64,000 bases of DNA. Origin: Adineta vaga (taxonomy: Eukaryota; Animalia; Rotifera). Below are positions 12,875 to 28,545 of this stretch, in pieces. Under the pieces are notes generated by a model. That model searched no databases, was not told where the DNA came from, and saw only the letters and a list, made by a program, of their open reading frames with translations. Position numbers and translations under genes: made by a program. Numbering within the stretch: position 1 is the first letter of the stretch; every line of letters begins with the position of its first letter. The DNA is taken from the NCBI GenBank assembly GCA_021613535.1, contig CP075495.1, forward strand, positions 9,610,001 through 9,674,000. Reading direction: 5' to 3'.

Positions 12875-15292
12875 AACGAATAGATATTCGTTACCACATT
12901 AATATATAAAAACAGTTGATTATTGTAAACCAGAAGAGATCGATATGTAAACTAAATCTACCAGTATGATATAATATTAATTTAATTATGTAGTATCATC
13001 TTCATTTTTTTTTCGTCAATAAAGTCATCATTCAATATTTATCTACAGAACGTTGAGATGACATATTTTTAATGAATTATTCGTTCTCTGATAATCTATA
13101 TATTCAATTGTAATCTCAGTATATTGTCGACTATTGATTGTTAATCTAGAACGATTATCACTAATGAAGTAGTCAATTTTCCTAAGGAAACTATTGTAGT
13201 CATTGACATGAATGTGATCATAGCATGATGTGCTTCGCTATTATTATTGAATTAAATATAACATAATGATCGTCTGTTGATAAATCCCTTGCTTATTTAT
13301 GATTTCTTTCTTTCTTTTTATGAAGTTCATCAATAAAATTTTTCATGTCGTGATCTATTCAATTGATTGACGAAAATGTCAAAGGGAAAAAATATATTCT
13401 TCTCGTTTTTATGACCATAGCTTGATTCACAATGGATGAATGGTAATCTATTTTTATATGATTTACTTGATCGTCGATATAATCATCATTTATTCATTTC
13501 GCATTCCAGAATACATCTTTTCAAAAAAAAAATTAGGTCATCCTTCATTGAGTTCTTTTATTTATTTATAAGCAGTAAACGACAATGATGAATAACAGGA
13601 AAGATAAAGGGATTTGTAATCAAAGCTGATTTTCCTCCCATTTCACTTACTATATACAATAAAAATTGGAAATAAGAGTATATATGATAGTATTAAAATT
13701 TGATCAGTTCATCATAGTAATGTCTACGATACAAAGTATCTACAATTGTCTCATATAAATCTAGGAGAAAATGAGAATAAGAAATAAGTCATTATCATTC
13801 TAATAGTATTATAGAAAAGATTACTGATAATCACATATATATATATATAAAGAGAGAGAGAGAGAATTCAAGTACTCAAAGTATATTCATGATTTATCGT
13901 ATGTCAGATTGTATTATTATTCTTTCAATTTATTCATTACAAATTAATGAGGAAAAAGATCCATCTTGTCATTCGATGAAATTTGATATCTATTTTTTAG
14001 CATAGTTTTACTCATTCATACTATTTTATATGATAGTACGATCAGAAAAAAAACACTATTTCAGTTTAGCTTTTAGCTTTTGATATGAGGGTGAAAATAA
14101 AGGTTTTTATTGAGTCAACTTGTGCATCGCTTTAATGACGATTATCTTACGGCAGTTCGATCTATATTTAGAATGAAATTAAGAATCTTCTCATTGAAGA
14201 TAAATCACACAATTATCAATAAAAGAAAGTATCTCTATAGAATCATCATCACGAAAATCACGAGATGTGAAAGTAGTAAGCAGTTACATTTAATATTAAG
14301 TATTTAAATATTGTAACATTATCTCTCGTAGATCATTGATTCAAAATGTAAATAAATTACAGAATAGTACTTTCATTGTGGCTATCTGTTGCCATTGCAG
14401 TTAAATTTTTGAACTTTTCATCGTTAGTACGATTAAGGAAGAAATATAAAAGTTATAATATGTCATAAATATAAATATAAAAGACATGCGAGTTGTTAGC
14501 AGGAAAAGAAAGTTGATATATGAAACATTATGATCTATTTACTTCATTATTTACCTGTTTAGCTTGACTACTCGATCAGTCGAAGATAGAAATCATATTA
14601 ATGAATGAAATTTATGTATGATCAGTAGTAGATAACTTTCTGTTTATTGATTTGTCATTATAATAACACGACGCAAAATAATATATAATATGTTCTATAA
14701 AAATAAAATGCTCATACAACAGATAGATCGTTGCGCAGTATTTCATTCCTATATGATTTTGCGGTCTATTCAGAATGATTTTTACGGAACGAATTTACAT
14801 ATGAATATGTCTTGCATTCTGGTTTGTTCTGAAAAACAAATGCTGTTGTCAAAGATTTTTCAAAGTTATCTTTAAAAGAGCGACGAATTTACCTAGTAAA
14901 TGCTTTAGAAATCAAAGAACATCGAATAGATAGGAAGATATTTTATATGTGTGTATGTGTGTGCTGTATTATTGTTTTGCCTGTTTGTTTTTGAATACTA
15001 AGGAAGGTCTTTTTCTGAAAGTGACAACAACAACGAAGAAAAGAGAAGAAAAGAACAGAAGACAAACGATTATGATTGAGCTGAAAGAAGAAAAAAAAGA
15101 ATGTTACCGAAGCACGCACACACACATACACATACAAAATGTACAAGAAAATAGAAGAGCAACGACAATTACAATGCGCGGAAAAAATGTAAATCGATCT
15201 GAGACAGAGAATAAGTTATACTTCTTTAGTCTATCATCTGCCGTAGAAATAAATATATCTATATATGTATGAATGTATATATGTATATAATC

Positions 15293-16210
<918 letters not shown>

Positions 16211-16626
16211 CTATCTGTTCGTTTGAGAAAAAAACAATGAAAAGATACAAAATAAAAATGAAAGTGTCCAAAAAGCACACCCTCAATAAAGAGATAAACG
16301 ATCCATTGATTCCAAGTATTCTATCTATTCGTCATTAAACTTACTGTCATGCCACTATCATGATGATATAAAACCAGCTGATTTTCCAATAGCAAACCAG
16401 TGACATCTACTTGAAATGATAAAAAGAAAAAGAAGAGAAACATCAAACCCAACCCGTTATATGATGTAACGATTTAGTTCGTATTTCAAAAGATTTGTAA
16501 GTAAAACTTTGTCGACATTTATTACTGATAAGATCACTATGGAAGATATCAGAATATGAATAATATGGTATGAAACGAGTGCTTATTTTTTGACTGATTA
16601 CAATGAACTATCATGTTATTTCTTAG

Positions 16627-18228
16627 AATTTTGATCAATTATCAGTCGTCAAGCAACTATCAATATAGAAATTATAGGCTAAGTTGCACATAGCAAATCA
16701 ACTTTGATTAAAAGTTTTTTTAAGTGAACAGTTCGTTAAATTTAGAACAAATGATCGTTAAAGAAAGCTTCCTATTCCTGTGAATTATATACTAGTGTAA
16801 CAGTAATACGATTTTTTATGAAGTAATATTTTATTGAACTGTATTTTGTTCACGTCAGCTGGATCATCGCTAAGTATATATCTATACTTGTATGTATTTC
16901 ATATAGATATTTCAATATGAGAACAAGAACTGTCTAAAACCCGAACGATATTATTCAACTAGTTAAAAAACTGCAGATGTATTTCCATGTCATAGAGCAG
17001 GTTGTACTGGTGAATTTCGTCTTATTCGACACGTTTCATTTATCGACTGTCCTAAATATGAAACTTTCATAGCAGCTATGTTAAATGGTTCTATGAGCCT
17101 CGATGCAATTTTACTAGTTATCGGTAAAAAACAGAATTTTCCAGGGAAATCCATGGGTTTTAATTGAAAATCTTTAGCTGCTAATGATGTTTATCTTCAA
17201 ACGCATATATTAGAACATTTGGCTATGATTGATATAATAAAATTACAGTCGGTAATTATTCTTCAAAATAAAATTGATCTTGTGACAAAAGTCGAAGCTA
17301 AAAAACAATATAAACAAATCATTGATTTCATTAAAGGTTAGACTCAATGTATAGATACGAATGCTGAAAATGCTCCGATTATTCCAATTAATGCACGATA
17401 TAATTGTAATATTGATGTTATTTGTGAATATATTGTAAGAAAAATTCCGCTAAATTCAAGAGATTTGACTTCGAAACCAGAAATGACTAGCTAGTAAAAA
17501 CGAACATCAAAAAATGATTCTGGTTATATTAACAAACTAGGAATAAATATTGATGATCTCAACGGTGGTATCGTCATCGGTTGTATATTGAAAGATGTTT
17601 CTAAAGTTAGATCTTTTCATTATTCATCAGTTGAAAATATGTGAGATTAGTTTTTAAAAAAATATAGATCGATCAAGAGATTGAAATACGTCCTGGTATT
17701 ATAACAACAGATGATAGAAATCAAACATATTGTCGTTCTCTTAGATCAAAGGTAATTTCGCTATACAACGAACATAATGAGCTTTCTTTTGATGTACCTG
17801 GTGGGTCTATTGGTATTGGTACAAAACTTGATCCAACTTTGTGTCATGCTGATCGTCTAGTTGGTCATGTCGTTGGTGAAATTGGGATCTTACCCAAGAT
17901 CTACATTGAAATTACTATCTGCTATTTGTCTTTTCAACAATTTGATAAGATATGTAATCAAAGAAATTACGATCGGATTAATGCATGTTTTTCGAGGAGT
18001 ATACTATCAGAGAATGAAATCTTGGTCATTAATATTGAATCTTCTTGCAATACTAGTCTTGTATTACAGTGCATAGACGATTTAATTAAAATTCAATTGA
18101 TTAGACCACTGTGTGCTGAGTTATTCGAAAAAGTTGTATCAAGTCGTCGTATTCATAATCTTTATCATCTTATTGGATGGTGTGAGATACGAAAAGGAAA
18201 AGAAATCGACGTACAAGTTGATATATGA
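16627..18228 (+). pseudogene. EIF2S3: Degenerate eIF2 gamma subunit copy
   Basis: ISRQATINIEIIG*VAHSKST (TAA at 16680-16682 in the P-loop GHVAHGKST), RHVSFIDCPKY (vs DCPGH), ILQNKIDLV, PIIPINA, IEIRPG, PGGSIGIGTKLDPTLCHADRLVGHVVG, SRRI...LIGW; further stops and eroded introns. Confidence 0.82.
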
Positions 18229-18348
18229 ACCATAACAGTAAAAAAGAGTTTTTAACTTTTCTTTATGAATTTTATTTATTAAATAAAATTTTGCATGCAT
18301 GTACTATAATCAAAGAAAATATTTTCCTCTGCAAACTTAATGTCCATT

Positions 18349-20143
18349 TTATTGATTCGAAGTCGATTGTTGTTCTTTCGAGGATGGAGGTTCATTTTGA
18401 TGATCATTCAATATTGGAATTTGTTCATTACGAAATGCTTCGAAAAAGAGTTGATGATCACGACGAACTGCTTTACCGTACGTCTAAAAGAAAATTCGAA
18501 TATTGAATAAAACAAACGAAGAAAAAACGATCGAATTTACCATGCCAAATGAAACCATATCTTTAACAAATTCTTCATCACGTCCAGCTATTGCATCTCG
18601 AATAGTTATTTCCGAATGTCTGGGTATAATATCAAATGGTATCAAATCTGTATGTTGTCCTCCATGTTTTTCTCTATCAATTGAATCAACATCAGCAACA
18701 CAATGAATCTTAGCTATTCAAATAGAAAAAGAAAACATTCATGAAATTCTTCAAACAAAAAAATAACGATTGTACAAACCCATTGCTTTTCCTAAAATTT
18801 CTGCTGTTTGACAAATTTCTTCGAAATCATTGATGTTTGTCCAATCAAGATCTCGACTATGTGTTGCAACTTCATCAACAAATAATGATATTTCATTATT
18901 TAATGTTGCATAACCTAACCATCTTGTTGTTACAGCATGCATAGCATATGCACAAAGGACAGTTCGTATCCCATCATGTTGAAAATATTTCTCTAAATCC
19001 GGATTACTAATCACAGTTGCTACAGCTGATTTTGTTGCTGGTTTCATAAAGATAACAACATCCGTTTCTAATGCTTCTGTTCTTCCTTCAATTAATATAT
19101 TATATGACGTAGCACCAGCTGAACCTATTCCAGGTGAAGAACGTTGAATAATATCTTTGACCTAAATGGATGAAAGAAAAGACATATTTCTCTATTCTTT
19201 TCGCTTTTAATCTACTTTGTATGCGCCTGATGATTGTCTTTTACTTTCAGGTATTGTCCGTACATAATCTTGAAAAGCAAGTAATAATTGATGACGTAAA
19301 TCGTCATCAACGTCTTGAATGATGTCTGAACGAATAAATCTTCGTTGATGATTTTCGATACATGTCATCGTATCTAAATGAGCTTCTTTTGAACCTAGAC
19401 GTGATTCTTTTATCAATAGATTCACAGGTCCTTCAGTATTGTCGCATGTAATAGGAATCAGATGTTCTTCAGATGAGTTACAATAGTCATAGATTTGTTT
19501 TAAATAAGAACGAACAACAATTGTAAGAACTTTTTCTATTTTAGCATCAGAATATGCTTTCGAAAATACTACTAAATTTAAACTTGCAAGTAAACGTTTG
19601 ATATCCCATGTAAATGGACCAATATAACCCTAAATAATAAAAGACAAGATTATAAAATTCATGTTTTTCTCTATTGATCTTCATTACCTCATCAAAATCA
19701 TTGACATCAAAATTAATTCGACCAAAACGATCAATATATGTACCAAAGTTTTCTGCATGAAGATCACCCTAATAATATTCATGATTCTTTGTGTTTTCTT
19801 TTTCTTTTAACAAATCTTCAATTCTTACATGAATAAATATATTTGATGCTTTTTTACATTGTTTCAACCATATATCTTGTGAAACAGCACGCAAAAGATC
19901 ACGATAGAAAAGTACAGCTGATCCACGATAGAATGCAAACTCATCTGAAACCATCTTACGAAAACGACCTCGCCACCCTTTTGGATTCTTTTGCATAGCA
20001 TCACCAAAATTTTTCACAAATGTATCCAAAATAAATGCGGTTCGTTCTTGATCACTATCATGTTGAACATTATTCAATGTACTTTGAGAAGATGGTGGAT
20101 GATGAGGACGTTCAGGATCGATTGAAGACGATGGTACGCTCAT
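18349..20143 (-). CDS. DUF2252 family kinase-like protein (actinobacterial type), 6 exons; HGT candidate
   Basis: RFRKMVSDEFAFYRGSAVLFYRDL, H|GDLHAENFGTY...FDVNDFDE|GYIGPFTWDIKRLLASL, GIGSAGATSYNILIEG, C-terminal RDHQLFFEAFRNEQIP; five GT-AG introns. Confidence 0.88.
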
Positions 20144-21244
20144 ATTTTTATCAAAATATTCGATTATTATTATTATTATTTGTTATTCCGTTTCGATGAC
20201 GTTTATATAAGTTTGATAATAATAGTGGTAGGCGTTTTGTATCCCCATAAAACAAGAACCAATCAAGCATGCTATTTATTTTCAATAGCATCAACATACA
20301 ATACGGTGGGAGAGTACAAAGACATCAGTAACCTTCGAATTTATCATTTCTATTTTTATCGAAAACTATCTTTAAAAGATTTTCGTCATCATTAAAATAC
20401 TTATTCCCACCCTCTAAAAATAAATCGGAAAATAGACGAATAGAAATCTTGAGCCTAATCGACTATCAACGCATATTATTCATAATTTATTTAGAATTCT
20501 TTTGATCGATTGGGAATAGATGTACATGTTTCAATGAACTCTGAGTAAAACGATAACAAGAACTTTTATTTCATTTTCATGACATGAACATAAATTAATT
20601 CGTATTTTGAGTAAAATGATAGACGACTCTAAATGTTTTATGCTAGCTATATAATTGACAGAAGTCATTATCGACTATTAAACTCTATTATATACATTTC
20701 TATCTATTTGGAAACAATAACAAGGTAGAAGAAAAGTCTCTACTTCTATTTTGATTATGAATTCTTTCAAATTTTCACAAGTACTAAAGAAGTATTAAAT
20801 GTTCATGTAGTTATAAATAATACCGAGTGAGATAGTATTCTAGAGATAAGCATTGCAGTTGACAATTGTCAATACACTTTTGTCATGTCAAATAGTCTCG
20901 TGTATAGGAAATTAAAAAGAGTTTTAACGACTCTTTTCTATGTCATCAGGTTAAATGATAAAAGTTATTTGATAAACTAAATGTCAACGATGTATCCTTT
21001 TTCCAGCTTCTTTACTTTCCGAAATAGTAAAAAACTGTTTTATCAAACGTGTCACAGTGTAAAGGTTAAATAAATCACAAGATCTCTCAATATTTCACAT
21101 GACTATAGACTATTGACGCCCACATTTTGACCCATTATGGAAAATCTATCAAGAATTTCTTTTGTTTTCTTTCGCATGCAGGAAGCATTTATTTAAAATG
21201 AATTCTTTCAAAATTCATTCATTTCTATTTTAAATTCAATTATA

Positions 21245-22442
21245 ATGTTGACTATTTCTCATCTACTTGTCTTTATTATTAGTATTCCAAACAGAATCCT
21301 AGCAATTCCAATTGGTCTAGTAGCAAATGCTCGTCTAATAACACCAAGTAATTCAAGTTGGCTATATGAACAATCAAATGTCAACCATTGTTTATGTAAT
21401 GCAATGTCTATTTTTGAATCAAAATTGCTTGCTCTGAATTATTTTTCATCGAATCGAACTTGTCAAATTTTCCTTACAATCACTTATGCACCTGAAATTG
21501 TATCTTCATCAAATTCTACATTAATCATACTTCAAATGCTTTCCACTCCGTGTTATTCTAATTTACCATTGCTTCTTAAAAGAATTAAACTTGCTCAACA
21601 ACCAACATCAATATCTGTTTCCAATCCAACATTTCTTTCGATTAATTCAGCAAATAATCTACTCGCAGTAATGTCTTATATGGGTTCAAGAACTTTATTT
21701 AACCGTAAAAATCTAAGTTCTGTTATAAATATTACATCCGTCGGATCTGATTGTGCAATTGCATCACAAAATGACAATCTTTTTATATCCAGTTTGTATT
21801 TTAATTGATTGTAATCGTTAACAAACGATGATCTCCTCTCATTTAGGTTGTGATAATCCGTATTCTGTTCGCATATATAATGAAACGATTAATGGTCTTC
21901 GACTTCTGTATGTTCTTAATATAACGGATAATGTTCGACAAGTTGTTTTTATTGAAAATAATACTTGGTTATTAATTGCTTTTCAATATTTAAACGTAAT
22001 TCAAATGTATTCAGTTGATTTAAAAACAAATAAGTTTATATACAATCAATCAATTTCAATTCCATATAATCTCGCATGTACTTTAACTAAACATAATGAT
22101 ACATTGATTTATATATGTTTTTGGAAAACTGGAGTACCGGTTCATATTCTTTCATTTAATGGTTCGTTATGGATAGTTTCAAATTTAACTGTCACAAGAC
22201 CTTCAAATATGGAAATAGTTAGTCAAGTAGCTTTTGATTCATATGATCGTCTTTGGGCAGTTGTCTATGGTTATGGTATAAGAATTTATGATACAATGGG
22301 ACAAACTTTACTTGCTAGTTGGCCAATTTCATCAGCTAAACTTGATGCTCTGACAATACTGAATACATATGAGATATTTTTTGGTGATTATGATAACAAT
22401 AAGATTTTACATTTTGCTCCAGTTTTAGAATGTATATTATAG
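21245..22442 (+). CDS. Secreted protein with PAN/apple-like N-terminus and NHL/YVTN-like beta-propeller, 2 exons
   Basis: Signal-like N-terminus; CLC...LALNYFSSNRTCQIF; propeller-type blades (VAFDSYDRLWAVVYGYGIRIYD, FFGDYDNNKILHF); intron ~21792-21847. Confidence 0.6.
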
Positions 22443-22844
22443 TTATTGTTTTGATTGAATTATATTTCCTAGTTTTCCTATAATCTCTCCAACTTCGATT
22501 CGACGGATCTTATGTCATAGAGAAATGAATGGATTGGTCGTACGACGAACCATTGAAATCTATCGAAAAGAAAGCCAGTTTATACATATGATGATAGATA
22601 TATTTCAGACAGAAACATATTTTGCACATAATAAATTTGAATCAAATATAGATTCGATGTATCTTTGACAGCACAATACATTCATGAGAACTATCTTTAT
22701 TCTAACTAGACATGAATTTCGTTGCTGAAAACGTATGTTGATCAAAGTTTTAAATCTTTTATTTAACCGATGATTAGCGTGCCAAAGAAAATAACTCAAA
22801 ATAGTTCCTCTCTTACAGATTTTAATTGTTAAAATAAAATCGAG

Positions 22845-23675
22845 ATGGCTGATGATCGTTATGCTACTCCATTGGATATTTCATCTTCAACCGTACTTAT
22901 TACAGGTGGTTCAGGTGGAATTGGTTTTGGTCTTGCAAAATGTTTCGTTCAAGAAGGTGCTTCGGTAATCATTACTGGTCGTCGAGAAGAACAATTGAAA
23001 ACTTCTGTAGAAGAACTAAATCGTCTTGGAAAAAAACCAGTTCAGTATCGAATCAATGATGTCGAACGAATTGATGAAAGATTAGCTTTATATGATTGGA
23101 TTGTAAGTAAACATCCTGAAACTAATGTTCTAATCAATAATGCAGGCGTACAACAACGTCATCCATTTATTCCAGATGAAAATCCAACGAAAAACATCTC
23201 CTGGGAAGAACGTGAAAAAGAAATTCAAATAAATATTTGTGCACCTATGCATCTATCACAATTGTTTTTAACACATTTTCGTCAAATGAAAACAACAACA
23301 GCAATTATGAATGTTTCATCAGGTTTAGCATTTACACCATTTGCAAGCATACCAATTTATTCAGCAACGAAAGCTGCTATTCATTCCTTTACTATGAGTC
23401 TTCGTTATCAATTGATGGATGAAGCTAAAAATATTCAAGTTTATGAAATTATTCCACCAGCTGTTCAAACAAATCTGGGTGGTAGTCATGCATTTGGTGA
23501 ACCATTAGATCCATATTGTCAAGCAACATTTGAACGAATAAAAAAAGGTGATCAAGAAATTGGTTATAATCGTTCGGATGAAGCAAGAAAACTGTCATCA
23601 CGTGAAGAATCCGATAAACAATTTTTAGCTTTAAATGAAGGCTTTAAAAATATGTTTAAAAATTTAAAGCATTAA
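22845..23675 (+). CDS. Short-chain dehydrogenase/reductase, bacterial DltE-like; intronless; HGT candidate
   Basis: TVLITGGSGGIGFGLA, VIITGRREEQL, NVLINNAGVQ, NVSSGLAFTP, YSATKAAIHSFTMSLRYQL, EIIPPAVQTNLGG. Confidence 0.9.
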   Translation: MADDRYATPLDISSSTVLITGGSGGIGFGLAKCFVQEGASVIITGRREEQLKTSVEELNRLGKKPVQYRINDVERIDERLALYDWIVSKHPETNVLINNAGVQQRHPFIPDENPTKNISWEEREKEIQINICAPMHLSQLFLTHFRQMKTTTAIMNVSSGLAFTPFASIPIYSATKAAIHSFTMSLRYQLMDEAKNIQVYEIIPPAVQTNLGGSHAFGEPLDPYCQATFERIKKGDQEIGYNRSDEARKLSSREESDKQFLALNEGFKNMFKNLKH

Positions 23676-23886
23676 TTGAAAACTATGTGAGAAACCTTTC
23701 TTCTATTTCCTCGATTCACTTATTTTTAAACCTTTGCTTGCTTCGTATTCAAAATATACCATTTTTAATTCACTGTGGGTTTTTTTATTGCAAAGAGATC
23801 CGAATGAAAACAGAAAAAAAAACTGAAATAACTATTTATATATGTATATATTCAAAACTAGATCCATATAAAATGAGAATTACGTA

Positions 23887-26800
23887 TTAAGAAGTTAATT
23901 CTTTGAAACATTGTTCACAAACTCGTTGTGCTTTCTTTGACGATGCTGCAACAACTGCTGTTTTTGATGAACATGCATCACAGAAAATATTTCCACAAGA
24001 TCGACAATGATGTTTACGTTGTGTCAATGAAAATGTTTGATTACATTTCATACATTCATGTACGTCACTATCATTTATCCATCGACGATGAGTTAATTTA
24101 TTTGTATAAATCTAATTGAATAGAAAAAGAAACGAATGGCAATGAAAAATCATTTCTATTTCTTTTACTTGAAGTCCTTGATATTCTCGTGCTATTTCTT
24201 GTAATGCAGACTCAAGATCAGAATTCTTTTTCGCTAATTGTCCATTTTCTAATAATAGCTTTTCACTTCGAGCTTCACTTGTTACAGCTCGTTCGAGTAG
24301 ATCTTGACGTTCATTTTGATTCGCAATTACACGTGCTTCGAGATCTGAATAAAGACATGAGAGGATTGCGAGATTGATACAGACTATAACAAACCTGCTT
24401 TTTCTGATTTGATTTTGTCAAAATGAACTAATTTTTCTTGCGCTATTTTAAGTTCACCACGAACAGTAGCGAGATTTTCTGTTAATGCTGATGATTGCAT
24501 TTCATATTTTTTCGTGCGAGATTCAAGATCAGATCGAGTATCAGTTAGTTCACGTTCAAGAGAAGTCTTAATAATCAAAACATATATATATATTTAAATC
24601 TCATTCATATAAATTTCTTTACAATTTGTTTTTCGAATCTTTCTTGTTGAGCAGTTGCTATTTGTGTTGTTTCAGATAGAGATTCTGATACCTAGAAAAA
24701 AGATTGATAATAAAGTTTTCTTATTTTATAAATCTTAATTCTTATTACTTGTAAAAATTTCTTATTCAATTCATTTAATTGTTCTTGTAAATTTCGATTT
24801 TGTTCATCATATTGTTTAATTAATTGAGTATGTTCATCTTTCATTTGATTCAACTCTTGTTCAGCATGCTGTTGTTCTTGTATTAGTTTCAAATGATCTT
24901 CTTCAGTTTGTTTATCGAATTTAATCTATACAAAACAAAAACAAAATGAATGAATAGCATAAATAGACATCTTACTTTATTATCAATAATAGTTGTTTGT
25001 ATAACAGTTAAATAGTTGGTGAATTCATGGTGATGTCTTGTAAAGTTTGCGTACGAATCGCTTGAGATTCTTGTTCAGACTAAAATAGTAACAAGAAAAT
25101 TGATTTTGATTATTAAACGAGGATTAATAATTTGAGTTATATAGATTCGGAATATCTAATTACCTGTTCTATCATAGTGAATAGATCTGTTTGAATTGGA
25201 TAGATGATTTGCTGAATATATTCATGAGTTTTATGTACAAAATCAATACTACGACGTATGCCAGTCGATAAACGATCAATAGAAGTATTCTACGAGAAAT
25301 AGAGATAAGAATTGAACTAATCAAATAAATTTGATATAATTAATTACTTTGTCGTTTAATTGTGTATGTAATTGTGAAAGTGTTCGTTGTAATTCATCTG
25401 TTGTTTGATTTTTTTCGGATATTTGTTTTTCTATTTCATGTTTTTCATTTCCTAATGTTTCCAATTGTGATTGAAGCGTATTTAACAGTTCTTCTTGTTG
25501 TTTATTCAATTGTTGTAAATCAGATTTGTCTTTTTCGAATTGATTTGTTTGTTCGGTGAATTGTGATTTTAATTCTTGATGTTCATTTTCTAGTCGTTCT
25601 AGATCTCGTTTCTAAAATTTTCATATTTCATTGAATAAAAAACAAAGAAATATTCATGAAATCAACCGACTTGACTCGTTGTTGGTATTTACTTCTTGAA
25701 GATCATTTTCTAATTTTGTATTAATACTGATATAATTTTCACGAGTAGAACTTAATTCTGTCTTTAATTGATTGATTTGTTGTTCCTAAGAAGAGAATAC
25801 ATACAGATATTTGAATTTTTATATATTCTTTCGTTCCTCTCGGTGTTTAAATGAAAAATGATTCTTCTAGTTTTTGCAAATTTTCATACTTTATCTTTAT
25901 TTTGATCTTCTAATTGTTGTTTAAGTGAGTTGATATCATCATTGAACTTGCTTTGTTCTTCTTGGAATTGATTCTAAAGGAAAAAGAGAACTAGATTCAA
26001 AAATTCTTTTTGTTTTCAAATACTTTTTCGATGGTCAACTGTTTTGAAATACGATCGAATTCTTTTTGTAGATTTTCTTTATCTTCGTTGATTTGTTTTA
26101 TTTGTTTTCGTGATTCTTTTATTTGTTGTTCATATTGATCCTAAATGGTGAAAATAAACGCATGACTTAAAAAAACCAAAACAATTATCCTACTTTTTCT
26201 TGTGTTAATTGTCGAACAAGATTTTGACGTTCATCATCTTGATCACCATCCATTTTATTCAATAATAATTGATTTTTTTCTTGTTTAAGTTCATCTAGAG
26301 TTTTTTCTAATTCTTGTATTTCATTTGTTAATGTTTCAATTTGAATTCGATTAGAACTTGTTTGATTCTGTTCATTTTGTAAATTATTAGTTAGTTTTTC
26401 AATTTCAATTCGATTGGAACTTGTCTGATTCTGTTCATGTTGTAAATCTTTGGTTAATTGTTCATTGAGTTGATTCTAAAATACAAACTATTTTTATATA
26501 GTTCTGAAATAGAAACATCTACGAACTTGTTGTTCAAGATCAAGATGGAATTTTTCGTTTTTTTGTTTCAGTTGATCGATTTCCAATTGATTCTAAAATC
26601 AGATGAGTCTTAAATGAATAATTCACTTTGACAAAGTCCGAATTGATCTCGATCAAATATGAAGTAAGAGAAAAAAAATAGTCTTTCTAGAAACCCGTGA
26701 GTTAAGATAACAATTATTGAGAATTCGTGTGATGTTTTGAATGCAATAAAATAGAAACAAATCGTAATGCTTACTTCATTTAGACGATGACGCATAAAAT

Positions 26801-28172
26801 CTATGTTTTTCACAATATTATTCTTTCGTTCACGTGTTAATTGAATAAATTGTTTTATTTGATTAATATCACTTCCAATTTCAGATGTATGATTATTTAT
26901 CATTTGATCATAAAGCACCATATTCTATACGAACCAAATACATGTGAAAAATTTCAACTGATTTTTAACATACTTGATCAAATGTACTATTGATTTGACC
27001 TAACTGTTCAACGTATTTATAACTAATAATAGACAAGAATAGATTATTCCTTAACAAAAGTAAGCTTTTAATTAGATAGAAACTTACGTATCGGAAAGAA
27101 CATTACGTAATCTGTCAATGTGTTGTTCTTTTTCTAACGACATGTCATTCATATGTTGTTGTACTGTAATTAGCTCTCGTTTTAATACATCCACATCATC
27201 AGTTGTCGGTCTAGAACAGAACATTTTATATACCTTTCTACATAAGAAAACAATCGAACACATGCAAATACAGTTGCTAATAAATTAATTTACATTACTA
27301 CAAGCACATGACTTCTACTTACAAACTGTACATATTTTTTAATGTAAGAAAAATAGATTTTAGTTTAGAATAAGTTTGTTAGAAAAAACAACGTTTTCTC
27401 TACCTTGGTATTAGATCATTGCAAAGAGTATCAACTTGATTTTGTTTTTCTTTTAATTCACCCTTGATAAAACAAAAATAATTCTAAAATTTACAACTAG
27501 AAAAAAAACGAACTTGTGTATTGAGAAGTTCATCAGTAAACATGGCTAATTGAGCATCATATATATCTTTGGTTGCTTTTAAATTTCCAATTTCTTGTGA
27601 CTTAAAAATTTGAAATTATTTTGATCAATAAAAAATCATTTTACTTGTTCAACAACTTTGGTTTGCGTTGTACGTAATTGTTTACGTAATAACTCAACTT
27701 CTTCTTCAAGATCACCTACACGTTGTCGTTGTTGCATTAAATCACTACTCACTAACATATTCAAATAAACATATGTATATATCAAATTATTCTAGAAAAT
27801 CTTTACATTGCATTCGACTTTCTTCTGATTGACAAAATTGTTGTTTCCATATTGCTACTTCTCGATGAGGATCCTAGAGATAGAATTTTATCAATTATAT
27901 TCATTGGTATTTTGTAAAATTGATTTACATCATATCGATCATTTTTGGTTCCATTTGTTTCTTTATAAGTGGTTGCTTGTTGTGGTTCGGATTCGGCATG
28001 AGCTTGAAGATAATGATGTTCAAGTCTAGCTGTATCAGTAAATTTACGATGACATATTGGACAAAGAAAACCCTAGATAAAATCGTGTAAGTTTCCGTTT
28101 CTTTTCTTCATAAATTATAAAACATACTTCTTCATCAAATGAACAAATCGATCCTGTATCACCTTCATTCAT
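23887..28172 (-). CDS. EEA1: Early endosome antigen 1 (C2H2 finger, long coiled coil, FYVE); many short exons
   Basis: N-terminal EGFLCPICHRKF...HYLQAH; coiled-coil exons; C-terminal RRWINDSDVHECMKC..FSLTQRKHHCRSCGNIFCDACS...RVCEQC. Confidence 0.9.
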
Positions 28173-28545
28173 GTTTAAACTATTTATACTAGTCTAATGT
28201 TTAGGAAAAAAAAACAATCGAAATTTTAAAATCAAGAATTGCAATTAAATTTAACGAAATCTACTTTGAGATTTTTGAAACGATTAAGAAAATTTGACAT
28301 GATGGAAGAATAATTCAATGGAATACTAACAGGTAAAAAAATCTTACATCGATTCGATTCGATTGATTTTAATCATCATCTATCGAAGGAAGATATACCT
28401 ATTTGTCAAATAAATAACCAGTTCAATGATAGTAACGATGTGAGGGCGCTAGTAATCAGAGAATAAAAAAACAAAACTTATTATTCTTATCAATTTTAGC
28501 AAACAATGAGTTATACCTGATAAACTTTTACTAAAAATAATAAAT

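Noticed and set aside
12900-15290. Short ORFs at 14110, 14690, 14943 and 14949
   Set aside because: Low-complexity AT-rich intergenic or RAB14 3' UTR sequence with no protein motifs
20408-20420. TTTTAGAGGGTG shared in inverted orientation with 63926-63937 (transposon TIRs?)
   Set aside because: Only 12 nt, 43 kb apart, no transposase or target-site duplication
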